Sequence record: MT446423.1
Strand: one strand, 5' to 3'
From: Escherichia virus TH58
Length of the DNA stretch: 64,000 nucleotides
Part shown: positions 1 through 9,456 of the stretch, one piece after another
How positions within the stretch are numbered: the stretch's first letter is position 1
Layout: each line of letters begins with the position of its first letter
Notes under the pieces: generated by a model
Told to the model about the DNA's origin: nothing
The model's input: the letters and a program-made list of their open reading frames with translations, nothing else
Databases searched by the model: none
Position numbers and translations under genes: made by a program

Positions 1-2
1 AT

Positions 3-389
3 GTACACGTATCAGATGCTTCTCGCTCTAAAGTTGTCGGGAAGTTGGTCGAAGTTCTTTCTGTGAGTGATCCGGTTTTTGGACGTAACGAAGTTAAAGT
101 TCGTGACGCTGATGGTAACATTGGTTACGTTAAAAGCCAATTCATTGAACCAGAAGAAAAAGCGTTCAAATGGAAACTGTGCAGATCGGTTTTAGTTGTA
201 AAAGACCATGAATTTACTATTGCTGCTGCAACTGACGGGTCTCCATGGAAAACTAAGCAAATAGCCGGATTTATTAGCGACCGTTGGGTAGAAGATGGTG
301 TTAAGCTTTATAACATCGTTTTCGCTGGGCAGTTCATGGTAGTTCCTGAGTTCCAAATCAAAAAATATTGTCCAGCATCTTTTGCATAA
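3..389 (+). CDS. hypothetical protein, 5'-partial (reading frame open to window edge)
   Basis: Frame of track ORF 45-389 has no stop back to position 3; codon at 45 is TTG, so the true start is probably upstream of the window. Confidence 0.35.
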   Translation, partial: VHVSDASRSKVVGKLVEVLSVSDPVFGRNEVKVRDADGNIGYVKSQFIEPEEKAFKWKLCRSVLVVKDHEFTIAAATDGSPWKTKQIAGFISDRWVEDGVKLYNIVFAGQFMVVPEFQIKKYCPASFA

Positions 390-393
390 AGTT

Positions 394-422
394 GTTTACT
401 TCTCCTCTAGATGTGTTACTAT
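394..422 (+). promoter_or_regulatory. T4 early-type promoter (GTTTAC-N17-TACTAT with upstream TGt)
   Basis: GTTTAC 394-399, TACTAT 417-422, followed by GAGGAG RBS and ATG 451. Confidence 0.5.
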
Positions 423-450
423 AGACCTATCAAAACAAGAGGAGAATATT

Positions 451-678
451 ATGAAACGTCAAATCATTAAAAATGTAACTACTGATTCAAACATCGATGA
501 GTTTGAAGATGTTCTGTTTAATCCTGATTTAGTTGTTGTACAGAAAAACTGGACCGAATTTTTATGCTACACCGAAGTGGTTTACGTTTACGAAAAACTC
601 GGTGATGAAATGCCTATCTACGGTATCTTCCGTGAAATCACTGAAAACGGTACAACTTATTGGAAGGAAACTTACTAA
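451..678 (+). CDS. hypothetical small early protein (75 aa)
   Basis: Track ORF 382-678 trimmed to first ATG with RBS (aagaGGAGaatatt-ATG). Confidence 0.5.
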   Translation: MKRQIIKNVTTDSNIDEFEDVLFNPDLVVVQKNWTEFLCYTEVVYVYEKLGDEMPIYGIFREITENGTTYWKETY

Positions 679-1088
679 TGGCTAATAAATTCCGCGTTAA
701 CTCATGGTACCAATTTATAGATAAACGTGCCCAAGAAGAGTTTATTAAAGACCACACTGATAATGGGATTTATGCACGACGTCTTGGCATGGAACCATTT
801 AAAGTATTAGATGTTGACCATCTTGGTCGTCCTACTAAAATTGTGACATCTACTGGCATGGTTGGATATGCAACAGGCGGTGATATCCTTGATGAAAACT
901 TTATCTGGCTCTCCACGAATGAAGCAGAGTTCTTTGAAGAAGTTGGAAATCCATATCAAGCGTCTGAAGAGCAAGATTCTGGTGAACTTGACGAATTGTC
1001 TGAATTTCCTGTGATGACGATTACTATCGAAAATAATGACCAGGCATGGTCTTTGTATCAAATGTTGAAAGCACATTTTAAGGAATAA
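678..1088 (+). CDS. hypothetical protein (136 aa)
   Basis: Track ORF 660-1088 trimmed to ATG 678, which overlaps upstream stop (TAATG). Confidence 0.5.
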   Translation: MANKFRVNSWYQFIDKRAQEEFIKDHTDNGIYARRLGMEPFKVLDVDHLGRPTKIVTSTGMVGYATGGDILDENFIWLSTNEAEFFEEVGNPYQASEEQDSGELDELSEFPVMTITIENNDQAWSLYQMLKAHFKE

Positions 1089-1090
1089 TA

Positions 1091-1270
1091 ATGCCGTTAT
1101 ACGACTATAAATGCCAATCTGAAGATTGTGGTCATGAATATGAAAAAATTAAAAGGATTTCTGAACGAGAAAACGATGTTTGCCCTGAATGTCATCGTCT
1201 GTCTACTCGTCGGGTTTCTGCTCCTAAACATGTGAACGGTGGTTTTTACGACTTACTTAAGAAGGGTTAA
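1091..1270 (+). CDS. small zinc-ribbon protein, 59 aa (CxxxxC ... CxxC)
   Basis: Not in ORF track (<60 aa). Own translation MPLYDYKCQSEDCGHEYEKIKRISERENDVCPECHRLSTRRVSAPKHVNGGFYDLLKKG; starts 3 nt after upstream stop. Confidence 0.45.
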   Translation: MPLYDYKCQSEDCGHEYEKIKRISERENDVCPECHRLSTRRVSAPKHVNGGFYDLLKKG

Positions 1271-1272
1271 TT

Positions 1273-1698
1273 ATGGCTTTTAAAGGTTTTGAAGTTGGTA
1301 AGAAATATCGTATTATCAAAGGACAGGAAGATAATTTCTTGAGACTTCTTAATACGACTGGTAAACGTCTTAATACTAATCTGCATACTACTTTATTGTC
1401 CAAAGATTTTATTGTGGAAAAGATGATTGGTTACGGTGTTTCTGTGATTGCTGTAGAAGCCGTAGGCGATTATGGCCGAACTATTCATAGTATGCAAGGT
1501 GATATTCTGCTTTATGGTGCAGAATTTAAATTCTTTGAAGAAGTTCCGGAACCAGATACAGCTGTCGATTTCAAAAAAGGCTCTGTAGAATTTGTTGATG
1601 GTTCGGTGATCGTATCAGGTGATGTGGTCATTACAGTTAAAAGTGAACAAGGGCGTTTGGCTGCAATTGATGCACTTCAGAAAATTAAATTTAAATAA
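1273..1698 (+). CDS. hypothetical protein (141 aa)
   Basis: ORF track; followed immediately by terminator hairpin. Confidence 0.55.
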   Translation: MAFKGFEVGKKYRIIKGQEDNFLRLLNTTGKRLNTNLHTTLLSKDFIVEKMIGYGVSVIAVEAVGDYGRTIHSMQGDILLYGAEFKFFEEVPEPDTAVDFKKGSVEFVDGSVIVSGDVVITVKSEQGRLAAIDALQKIKFK

Positions 1699-1716
1699 GG
1701 GCTTCGGCCCTTTTTG
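1698..1716 (+). terminator. rho-independent terminator (GGGCTTCGGCCC + T-run)
   Basis: GC stem with UUCG loop followed by TTTTT. Confidence 0.65.
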
Positions 1717-1761
1717 CTTTAGATTTCGGATGATAGAATACCTTCATAACGAGGAGACAAC

Positions 1762-3582
1762 ATGATTAAAAATGAAATTAAGGTATTGTCAGACGTAGAA
1801 CATATTAAGAAACGTAGTGGCATGTATATTGGTTCTTCGGCCAAAGAAGCCCACGAGCGTTTTTTGTTTGGTAAATATCAACAAGTTGAATATGTTCCTG
1901 GTCTGGTTAAATTAATCGATGAGATTATTGACAACTCGGTTGATGAAGCTATTCGTACATCATTTAAGTTTGCAAATAAAATTGATGTGCAAATTAAAAA
2001 TAATCAAGTTTCTGTTGAAGATAACGGACGTGGTATTCCTCAAGGTTTAGTTACCGACCAAACAGGTGAACAAATTCCTGGGCCTGTAGCAGCCTGGACT
2101 ATTCCAAAGGCTGGCGGTAACTTTGGTGATGACTCTGAACGTAAGACTGGTGGTATGAATGGCGTCGGTAGTAGTTTAACTAATATCTTCTCTACGTTGT
2201 TTACAGGCATCACGTCAGATGGTGAAAATGAAATCACTGTTAACTGTTCAAATGGAATGGAAAACAAATCATGGACTTCTAAGAAATCTAAAGGTAAAGG
2301 CACTAAAGTAATCTTCACTCCTGATTTCTCTTCATTCGAAGAGCATAATTTATCTCAAATTTATTTAGATATTACTTTAGACCGACTTCAAACATTGGCA
2401 GTCGTTTATCCTGATATCAAGTTCACATTTAATGGTAAAAAGGTTGATGGTAATTTTAAACGATTTGCTAAACAATTTGGCGAAGATAACATCATTCAAG
2501 AAAATGATAAAGTCTCTATAGCATTCACAACATCACCAGACGGCTTCCGTCATTTAACTTATGTGAATAACATCCATACCAAAAATGGCGGTCATCATGT
2601 TGAATGTGTAATGGATGATATCTGCGAACATCTTTTGCCGGGTATTAAAAAGAAATATAAGGGTATTGAAGTCACTAAAGCTCGTGTTAAAGAATGTCTC
2701 ACAATGTTGATGTTTATTAGAGACATGAGCAACATGCGTTTTGATTCTCAGACTAAAGAACGTTTAACGTCAACGTATGGTGATATTCGTAATCATATCC
2801 AATTGGATGCTAAGAAAATTGCTCAGGCACTTCTTAAAAACGAAGCCTTGATTATGCCTATTGTTGAAGCAGCATTAGCTCGTAAATTGGCAGCAGAAAA
2901 GGCTGCAGAAACTAAAGCAGCTAAAAAGGCAACTAAAGCTAAGGTTCATAAGCATATTAAAGCTAACCAATGTGGTAAAGATGCAGATACGACATTGTTT
3001 TTAACAGAAGGTGATTCGGCAATTGGTTATCTCATTGATGTTCGTGACCGTGAACTACACGGCGGATTCCCATTACGTGGTAAGGTGATGAATAGCTGGG
3101 GTATGTCATATGCTGATATGATGAAGAACAAAGAGCTCTTTGATATCTGTGCTATCACAGGTCTTATTCTTGGTGAAAAGGCAGAGAATACAAACTATCG
3201 TAATATTGCAATTATGACCGATGCCGATCATGACGGTCTTGGAAGTATTTACCCGGCTTTGCTTGCTTTCTTTAGTAATTGGCCTGAATTGTTTGAACAA
3301 GGACGTATTCGCTTTGTTAAAACACCTGTAATTATTGCACAAATTGGCAAAACTCAAAAATGGTTTTATACTGTAGCTGAGTATGAAGAAGCCAAAGATA
3401 CACTGCCTAAGCATAGTATTCGATACATCAAGGGATTGGGCTCACTTCAGCGGGATGAATATAAAGAAATGATTCAAAACCCTGTGTACGATGTAGTTAA
3501 ACTTCCTGAAAATTGGAAAGAACTATTTGAAATGCTCATGGGTAACGACCCTGAACTCCGTAAAGACTGGATGCTTGGTTAA
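1762..3582 (+). CDS. 39: DNA topoisomerase II large subunit, uninterrupted gp39 + gp60-equivalent (606 aa)
   Basis: GyrB-like GHKL ATPase motifs (MYIGSS, NSVDEA, EDNGRGIP) and Toprim-like C-terminal part; length fits the fused T2-type gene rather than split T4 39/60. Confidence 0.93.
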   Translation: MIKNEIKVLSDVEHIKKRSGMYIGSSAKEAHERFLFGKYQQVEYVPGLVKLIDEIIDNSVDEAIRTSFKFANKIDVQIKNNQVSVEDNGRGIPQGLVTDQTGEQIPGPVAAWTIPKAGGNFGDDSERKTGGMNGVGSSLTNIFSTLFTGITSDGENEITVNCSNGMENKSWTSKKSKGKGTKVIFTPDFSSFEEHNLSQIYLDITLDRLQTLAVVYPDIKFTFNGKKVDGNFKRFAKQFGEDNIIQENDKVSIAFTTSPDGFRHLTYVNNIHTKNGGHHVECVMDDICEHLLPGIKKKYKGIEVTKARVKECLTMLMFIRDMSNMRFDSQTKERLTSTYGDIRNHIQLDAKKIAQALLKNEALIMPIVEAALARKLAAEKAAETKAAKKATKAKVHKHIKANQCGKDADTTLFLTEGDSAIGYLIDVRDRELHGGFPLRGKVMNSWGMSYADMMKNKELFDICAITGLILGEKAENTNYRNIAIMTDADHDGLGSIYPALLAFFSNWPELFEQGRIRFVKTPVIIAQIGKTQKWFYTVAEYEEAKDTLPKHSIRYIKGLGSLQRDEYKEMIQNPVYDVVKLPENWKELFEMLMGNDPELRKDWMLG

Positions 3583-3596
3583 TTGATAGATGTCCT

Positions 3597-3625
3597 AAGC
3601 TCCTGAAGGAGCTTCATTTTAATTT
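3597..3625 (+). terminator. terminator-like hairpin AAGCTCC-tgaa-GGAGCTT + U-rich tract
   Basis: 7-bp stem, 4-nt loop, followed by cATTTTaATTTTT. Confidence 0.5.
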
Positions 3626-3641
3626 TTAATAAGGCTTAATT

Positions 3642-4742
3642 ATGAAAGTTATGTTTATCCCATCTCGTGCGGTCCCATTTAATCCTGACCGTGTACAAGG
3701 TGGCCTTGAAGCAGTACATTTAAATGTGTTGAAATATTTAGTTTCTATTGGTGCTGATATTGATTATATCGGTTTTGATAATGACACGTTTGGTGACTGG
3801 AAAGTTACACACCATCCTGTTGGTCATCTGACTAAATTCAGTCTAGGTATGAGTTATACTATGGCTCGTAAGATTGTTGAACTAGCCGGCATCCATGAAT
3901 ACGATTTTGTTGTTACTATGGAACCGACTAAACTAACCGTTCAGGCAATTAAAGACGCAGGTCTCTCTAAAGTTCATAAGAATTTTATGGCAACACCATT
4001 TGAACCGGTATCTCGTGGCATTGTTCAAATTTGGGACCAGACTATTCAAATTCATAAGAATGGTGGTAAGAGTTATGCTCCTACTAAAGCCTTCCGTGAA
4101 TTTGAACGTAAATATTGTTATATGACTTCAGGTCTGACTGACAAAATTGATTATGATTATTGGCGAGCAAATCCGTTGTTTGAAGCCGAAGATTATCCGG
4201 TTATTTGTTTGAATGAGAAACCTGAAGTTCTTCCGGCGACTGATTTGATTATTAGTGCACAACGTTATGACACTAAAATGCGTCGTACTGATGTTGCTCT
4301 TGAAGCGATTAAAGCACTAGGCGAAAATGGTGTAGGATATTGTCCAAGCAAATGGGCACCACCAGCTAAATATCCTGTTATTATTGATGCTCAACATAGT
4401 GAAATCATGGAACGTCTTAAAACAGCTAAAGCACTTATTAATACGTGTCCTGACACAGGTACGGTAGAGAATAGTTCTATTGAAGCCATCTCTAAAGGTG
4501 TCCCTGTAATCCAGTTAGTTTTTAAGGATTATCCTCATGCGACATTCGAATACGACCCAGATACTGTGCGTGTAGAAATTGATTCCTCTACTCCTAAGAA
4601 AGAAGTAGTTGCGCTTTACACAAAAGCTGTATTAGAATTCACTGACACATACGAAGCTCGAGTTAAACGTGCTGAAGCAGTATGGAAGAAGTATAATCGA
4701 GATGCAGTTGTTGCGATGTGGGATAAAATCTTCACAGCGTAA
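3642..4742 (+). CDS. putative GT-B fold glycosyltransferase (accessory gene, substrate unknown)
   Basis: 366 aa; N-terminal MKVMFIPSRAV...GGLEAV and C-terminal GTVENSSIEAISKGVPVI resemble GT-B/GT4 signatures; no similarity to T4 alpha-gt or beta-gt as recalled. Confidence 0.4.
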   Translation: MKVMFIPSRAVPFNPDRVQGGLEAVHLNVLKYLVSIGADIDYIGFDNDTFGDWKVTHHPVGHLTKFSLGMSYTMARKIVELAGIHEYDFVVTMEPTKLTVQAIKDAGLSKVHKNFMATPFEPVSRGIVQIWDQTIQIHKNGGKSYAPTKAFREFERKYCYMTSGLTDKIDYDYWRANPLFEAEDYPVICLNEKPEVLPATDLIISAQRYDTKMRRTDVALEAIKALGENGVGYCPSKWAPPAKYPVIIDAQHSEIMERLKTAKALINTCPDTGTVENSSIEAISKGVPVIQLVFKDYPHATFEYDPDTVRVEIDSSTPKKEVVALYTKAVLEFTDTYEARVKRAEAVWKKYNRDAVVAMWDKIFTA

Positions 4743-4758
4743 ATCCTGAATAGCCTGA

Positions 4759-4809
4759 GGCACTATTACACATAAGATGATAAATTATATGGTCTTTAGT
4801 AATAGTGCC
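4759..4809 (+). repeat. 11-bp inverted repeat GGCACTATTAC / GTAATAGTGCC bracketing a 29-nt AT-rich loop
   Basis: Exact reverse complement read directly from sequence; lies between glycosyltransferase-like gene and rIIA.1-position ORF. Confidence 0.6.
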
Positions 4810-4834
4810 CTAGCAATCTACTGAAGAGAATATT

Positions 4835-5035
4835 ATGAGAACGTATAACGTAGACTTGGAACTTTTTGATAAAGCAGTGCTCCGGGAATTCCGGCTTATC
4901 CAAAGATTTTTTGATATCGAATCAGCTGAAGCCTTTAAAGAACGCTTTAAGGAAATTCGATATAAAATACAAAACGATACAGCTACTAAAGAAGAACTTC
5001 TTGAAGTAGCAGAAATTTTTAAACGTAACTTGTGA
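4835..5035 (+). CDS. small protein at the rIIA.1 position (66 aa)
   Basis: ORF track; RBS GAAGAGAA upstream; position directly upstream of rIIA. Confidence 0.5.
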   Translation: MRTYNVDLELFDKAVLREFRLIQRFFDIESAEAFKERFKEIRYKIQNDTATKEELLEVAEIFKRNL

Positions 5036-5047
5036 TGAGAGAAAAAT

Positions 5048-7261
5048 ATGATTATTGAAACGGCTAAAGAAACGATTATTGGTTCAGGCGGTAAGAGCAC
5101 AGCATTTACTATTCAAGGCAATAGCAAAGTTTATAAGATTTTGTCTAATGACCTTTATACAAACAAAGAATTGGCTTGTGTACGTGAATTAATCACAAAC
5201 TGTATCGATGGACAAATTCTTAACGGTTGCACTGATAAGTTTATTGTTCAGGCTCCAGGTCGTTTAGACCCGCGTTTTGTAGTTCGAGACTTTGGTCCTG
5301 GTATGAGTGATTTCACCATTCGAGGTAATGACGAAGAGCCAGGAATCTATAACTCATATTTTGCTTCAACTAAAACATCGAGTAACGATTTCATTGGTGG
5401 ATTCGGACTCGGCTCTAAAGCTCCACTAGCATATACCGATACGTTTAACCTTACGTCTTATCACAACGGTGAAGTTCGTGGTTATGTAATTTATCAAGAT
5501 GACAGTGGTCCACAAATTAAGCCAACCTTTGTAGATAAGATGGGCCCTGATGACCGGACTGGCGTTGAAGTAGTTGTGCCTGTTAACCCAGAAGATTTTG
5601 AAAAGTTCGCATCTGAAATTGCATATGTTATGCGTCCTCTAGGTGATATTGCAGAAGTTCGTGGTGTTAAAGATATCAAATACTTCCCTGAATTTGACGA
5701 TGTATATTTGGCCAAGGAAGCTCCATGGGGTGAACGCGGTAATATCATGGCTGTTTATGGCGGTATTGTATATCCAATCGGAAGTGTTATTAAAGAACAA
5801 ACGTGGATGATGACGCGATGCACTACAGCTTATATTAAATTCCCTATGGGTGAACTAGATGTAGCTCCGTCTCGTGAAGCATTGTCATTTGATAAACGTA
5901 CAGTAGCAAATATCCATAAACGTGTTGCAGAAATCGATGCTAAATTGTTCGCTGAAGATTCTAAGAAATGGATTGATTGTAAATACCCACGTCATGTGTT
6001 CCGTGAAATTGATTCTCTTGGCTATACCGCTCGTAAATACATGGAAAAGGCCGGGTCTAATATTGAATCACTGAAATACTCTAAAGAACAACTAACTTAT
6101 TCTGAGTTGTACAAACGTTTTAAAATGGGGCCTGAGTGGTGTAATCTTGGTGTCGTATACGATATCGTTGAATCCCCTCGTCTTCGTCGTATTCGTGAAA
6201 GCGGTAGCTCAACGGCAACCATTTCAATTAACAGTCTGATTGGCATTAACATTAAAAATGTTGAAATTGTTATTGACGACGTTAAGGGACGCGTTCCATT
6301 AATGCGAGCTCTTAATTCAATTGAAATGTCTAAAGACGAGGTTAAATTAACCGGTAAAGTTCCACGCGGTTTTGGTAAAAGCGTACTATTCGTTGACCCT
6401 ACAGACGAAGATGCAATGAAACTTCTGGAACGCCTTAAAGTTATCTTTGATGGCGACAACATTAACATGTACAAGACTTCAGAGCTTTTACAAATCGTTA
6501 AGCCATGGATTGAAGTCAGGAAACGGACTAATGAGCCTCGTCCTAAATCGCCAAGTGCTCATCGATTCTTTAAGAATGAAAACGATGTTTGGGTATCAGA
6601 AGACCTCTTTATTCCGGCAAGTGAAGCAGATGAAATCCAAGGTTATGCTATAGTTCGTAATCGTTCTAATGCTGAATGTCTTGACGCAGATAAAGGTTGG
6701 TTGAACTATGACTCCAATTTCTTAACCCGTATTGCTGATTTGTCAGGTATTAAAGAGTTCACTGTAGTTCGTCCACAGATTGCTAAGAAAGTTCGTAAAC
6801 TTGGTGAAGTAGAATGCTTGTTCGAAAAATCAATTAATGACTATATTACGCTAATCGATAAAGTGGATTATGATGAGTATGTATCACCAAGTCGTAGAGC
6901 ACAGCCTTATTTGAATCATATTACTCGTAATGAAGAGCTTAACTTCCTTAGTAAGTATTTTAGCTCTAAGAACAAAGAAATCAGTAAAGACTTTGCAAAG
7001 CTCTCAACAGTAAATAATCGTTGGGGATGGAATCGATTCGCAGGTGCTACTAATACAGACCTGAATAAGAAGTTAGAATTGTGTGCTAAAATTTTCGATA
7101 AGCTTAAAGATAATGCTTACGATAATGATGATAAAATGGTTATTGAATTTGAAACCAATTATCATATTGTGTCAGAATACATGGGACGACGTGGTACTCT
7201 TTCTAAAGAACAGGTCGCTCAAATCGTTAAATTCATGAAGGCCGTGGAAGCGGCCAAATAA
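5048..7261 (+). CDS. rIIA: rIIA protein (membrane-associated, GHKL ATPase-like N-terminus)
   Basis: 737 aa, length and position match T4 rIIA (about 725 aa); directly followed by rIIB. Confidence 0.9.
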   Translation: MIIETAKETIIGSGGKSTAFTIQGNSKVYKILSNDLYTNKELACVRELITNCIDGQILNGCTDKFIVQAPGRLDPRFVVRDFGPGMSDFTIRGNDEEPGIYNSYFASTKTSSNDFIGGFGLGSKAPLAYTDTFNLTSYHNGEVRGYVIYQDDSGPQIKPTFVDKMGPDDRTGVEVVVPVNPEDFEKFASEIAYVMRPLGDIAEVRGVKDIKYFPEFDDVYLAKEAPWGERGNIMAVYGGIVYPIGSVIKEQTWMMTRCTTAYIKFPMGELDVAPSREALSFDKRTVANIHKRVAEIDAKLFAEDSKKWIDCKYPRHVFREIDSLGYTARKYMEKAGSNIESLKYSKEQLTYSELYKRFKMGPEWCNLGVVYDIVESPRLRRIRESGSSTATISINSLIGINIKNVEIVIDDVKGRVPLMRALNSIEMSKDEVKLTGKVPRGFGKSVLFVDPTDEDAMKLLERLKVIFDGDNINMYKTSELLQIVKPWIEVRKRTNEPRPKSPSAHRFFKNENDVWVSEDLFIPASEADEIQGYAIVRNRSNAECLDADKGWLNYDSNFLTRIADLSGIKEFTVVRPQIAKKVRKLGEVECLFEKSINDYITLIDKVDYDEYVSPSRRAQPYLNHITRNEELNFLSKYFSSKNKEISKDFAKLSTVNNRWGWNRFAGATNTDLNKKLELCAKIFDKLKDNAYDNDDKMVIEFETNYHIVSEYMGRRGTLSKEQVAQIVKFMKAVEAAK

Positions 7262-7270
7262 GGAAACATT

Positions 7271-8218
7271 ATGTACAATATCAAATGCTTGTCCCAAGAA
7301 GAACAGTTAGAAGCTTACGGCCTGGTTGAATCAGGCAAATGGACTCGTAAAGAAATTGCTGATTACTTCGACATTTCAACAGATACTCTTCGTAAGATTG
7401 TTAAGAATTTTAAAGCTGAAGGCGTTGTCCCTGAAGCAAACGATGCCTCTTATGTAATCGAAGAAGTTCCAGAAAATAATGAACCTATTATTACAGGTCA
7501 CCGTCCAGAAATAGTATGGAACGCGTCATCTAAATTTATTTCAATCATTGAAGGACGCGTAGCATACAATGCGACCCCATCAAGTCATGCAAATTTTGAA
7601 GAAATTAAAGCTAATTTGGTCGCAGGAAACCTTAGTAAAGCTGTCGAACTTATTAACATCAAGAAAGCTATTAGTAAGTTTGTTGACGGTAATGTTGTTA
7701 TTGAAGGTGGTAGTTTATTTTATCAAGGTATAGAGATTCGTTCTGGTCTGGTTAATCGTATTATTGATTCTATGGAAAAAGGCGAAGACTTTAAATTCTA
7801 TCTACCGTTCCTTGAAAACCTGTTAGAAAACCCAAGCGAAAAAGCTGTACAACGTTTATTCGACTTCTTGGTTGCAAATGATATTGAAATCACTGAAGAT
7901 GGGCATTTCTACGCGTGGAAAGTAGTTCGTAAAGATTATTTAGATTGCTATAGCGGTACATTTGATAACTCACCAGGTAAAGTTGTTTCAATGCCTCGTA
8001 CTCGTGTTAACGATGATGATACACAAACCTGCTCCCGTGGTCTACATGTTTGCGCTAAATCGTATATTCGTTACTTTGGTTCTAGCTCAGATAAAGTTGT
8101 TAAGGTTAAAGTTCATCCACGTGATGTTGTGTCCATCCCAGTTGACTATGGCGATGCTAAGATGCGTACTTGTCGTTATGAAGTAATTTCAGACGTTACT
8201 GAATTATTTGCAGAATAA
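7271..8218 (+). CDS. rIIB: rIIB protein
   Basis: 315 aa; length and position match T4 rIIB (312 aa). Confidence 0.9.
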   Translation: MYNIKCLSQEEQLEAYGLVESGKWTRKEIADYFDISTDTLRKIVKNFKAEGVVPEANDASYVIEEVPENNEPIITGHRPEIVWNASSKFISIIEGRVAYNATPSSHANFEEIKANLVAGNLSKAVELINIKKAISKFVDGNVVIEGGSLFYQGIEIRSGLVNRIIDSMEKGEDFKFYLPFLENLLENPSEKAVQRLFDFLVANDIEITEDGHFYAWKVVRKDYLDCYSGTFDNSPGKVVSMPRTRVNDDDTQTCSRGLHVCAKSYIRYFGSSSDKVVKVKVHPRDVVSIPVDYGDAKMRTCRYEVISDVTELFAE

Positions 8219-8223
8219 TAATT

Positions 8224-8246
8224 GGGGACTTCGGTCCCCTTTTTTT
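8224..8246 (+). terminator. rho-independent terminator (GGGGACTTCGGTCCCC + T7)
   Basis: Perfect 6-bp GC stem with UUCG loop and TTTTTTT. Confidence 0.75.
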
Positions 8247-8260
8247 CTTTAGGGGTAATT

Positions 8261-8548
8261 ATGATTCATCCATTTGACGTATCAGAATCCAAAATTGCTA
8301 ATCTTCGTGGTCATCATAAGTGTAAATCAGTTTATTGTGCTAAATTGGTAAAACATCCTGGCGATGCACACTACGGTTGGTTAGAATGCGACGAAGTTGT
8401 TATTGAAATCCCACCGGTAGATGCAGAATATCTTGAAGAAGGTGACCGCATTTATTTTGGCGAACTACACATCAGAGGTATCTATGGTAAAGACGAACTT
8501 GGGACTGTTGAGACTGAAGAATCTTCCGACATTTATCCTGTCGAATGA
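8261..8548 (+). CDS. hypothetical protein (95 aa)
   Basis: Track ORF 8222-8548 begins inside the terminator hairpin; trimmed to ATG 8261 with AGGGG RBS. Confidence 0.5.
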   Translation: MIHPFDVSESKIANLRGHHKCKSVYCAKLVKHPGDAHYGWLECDEVVIEIPPVDAEYLEEGDRIYFGELHIRGIYGKDELGTVETEESSDIYPVE

Positions 8549-8564
8549 GTTTTTGACTAGTGAA

Positions 8565-9041
8565 ATGAAGGTGAAGATTGCTGACACTGCTCGGTATTCC
8601 CTGAGCCAAAATCCTGACCAAAACAAAGAAGATGTAGTTCGACGTTGTAAGGTTGCGGTCTTTGCAGAGTATGTAGTAGCAAATTGGCTAGACGGATATG
8701 TTAATAAAGGTATTGAAGATGTAGAAGACCCGTACACGTATGCATGGGACGTGTTAGCCCATCCCAAATATTGTGGAATTCGTGTAGAAGTCAAGACACA
8801 CCAGATAGATTCTAAATGGATTTCTGTTACCACAGGATACAGTGGTGATTATCCGGGTGGCAACGGAATCAATATAGGGCCCTTCTTGAACCATCGAGTC
8901 GCAGATTGCATTATTATATTAGATGTCAAAGAAACCTCACCTGACGTCTTCTCTTATTCTATAAAGTTCGTGGGAGACCATGAAGACCTAAAGAAAATCG
9001 TCCGCAAGAGCAACTACAATGGGTGGTATCTTCAACTTTAA
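8565..9041 (+). CDS. hypothetical protein (158 aa), occupies the denB position but identity not established
   Basis: Track ORF 8421-9041 overlaps upstream gene; trimmed to ATG 8565. Confidence 0.5.
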   Translation: MKVKIADTARYSLSQNPDQNKEDVVRRCKVAVFAEYVVANWLDGYVNKGIEDVEDPYTYAWDVLAHPKYCGIRVEVKTHQIDSKWISVTTGYSGDYPGGNGINIGPFLNHRVADCIIILDVKETSPDVFSYSIKFVGDHEDLKKIVRKSNYNGWYLQL

Positions 9042-9053
9042 TTTCATAAAAGT

Positions 9054-9090
9054 GTTTACAACTAAGTAGGACTATGATATAGTAGTCCTA
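9054..9090 (+). promoter_or_regulatory. early-type promoter with -10 inside an inverted repeat
   Basis: GTTTAC 9054-9059, TGa-TATAGT 9075-9083, inverted repeat TAGGACTA 9067-9074 / TAGTCCTA 9083-9090. Confidence 0.5.
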
Positions 9091-9109
9091 TCTAAAAGAG
9101 GATAACATC

Positions 9110-9373
9110 ATGAAATTTAAATTTTTCTACGCAAAACATAAAGTAACAGGCGAATTTGTTTCAATGTACAACACTGCAGATGACGAAGGGATGATTTATA
9201 CCCATTTGGGACTATCTCATTGGGACTCAGACGTGCCTTATATGTCATCTGAAGCCGAAATAACTCGTCTGGTTAATGGACATATGAACGACCATTTTAG
9301 TGTTATTCTTTCTAAAGACCTTAAAGAGGTTATCAACAAAGGATATATGGAACTCGCGGAAGTTGAGATATGA
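9110..9373 (+). CDS. hypothetical protein (87 aa)
   Basis: ORF track; RBS AAGAGGA upstream. Confidence 0.55.
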   Translation: MKFKFFYAKHKVTGEFVSMYNTADDEGMIYTHLGLSHWDSDVPYMSSEAEITRLVNGHMNDHFSVILSKDLKEVINKGYMELAEVEI

Positions 9374-9456
9374 GCTCTAAAATGTGGATCGGAATATGGT
9401 TGCTTAGTATCCCTATGATTTGTATAATATTTTCAATTGCATTGAGGTACTTATGA
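9370..9456 (+). CDS. hydrophobic micro-ORF, 28 aa (MSSKMWIGIWLLSIPMICIIFSIALRYL)
   Basis: Not in ORF track; start overlaps upstream stop (ATGA); predicted single transmembrane helix. Confidence 0.3.
   Translation: MSSKMWIGIWLLSIPMICIIFSIALRYL

Noticed and set aside
807-1076. Minus-strand ORF (89 aa) inside the 678-1088 gene; also 2040-2318, 3106-3414, 5494-5748, 6097-6474, 12492-12704, 13257-13445 and similar
   Set aside because: Each is antisense to, or an alternate frame of, a well-supported gene; none has an RBS or promoter context, and such ORFs are expected by chance in AT-rich DNA
1762-3582. Gene 60-type translational bypass (take-off GGA, stop, 50-nt gap)
   Set aside because: Looked for because T4 has it; the reading frame is continuous for 606 codons, so no bypass is present
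8565-9041. Calling this ORF denB (endonuclease IV)
   Set aside because: Only positional evidence; I could not recall a matching T4 DenB sequence and the length (158 aa) differs from the about 185 aa I remember, so it is left as hypothetical
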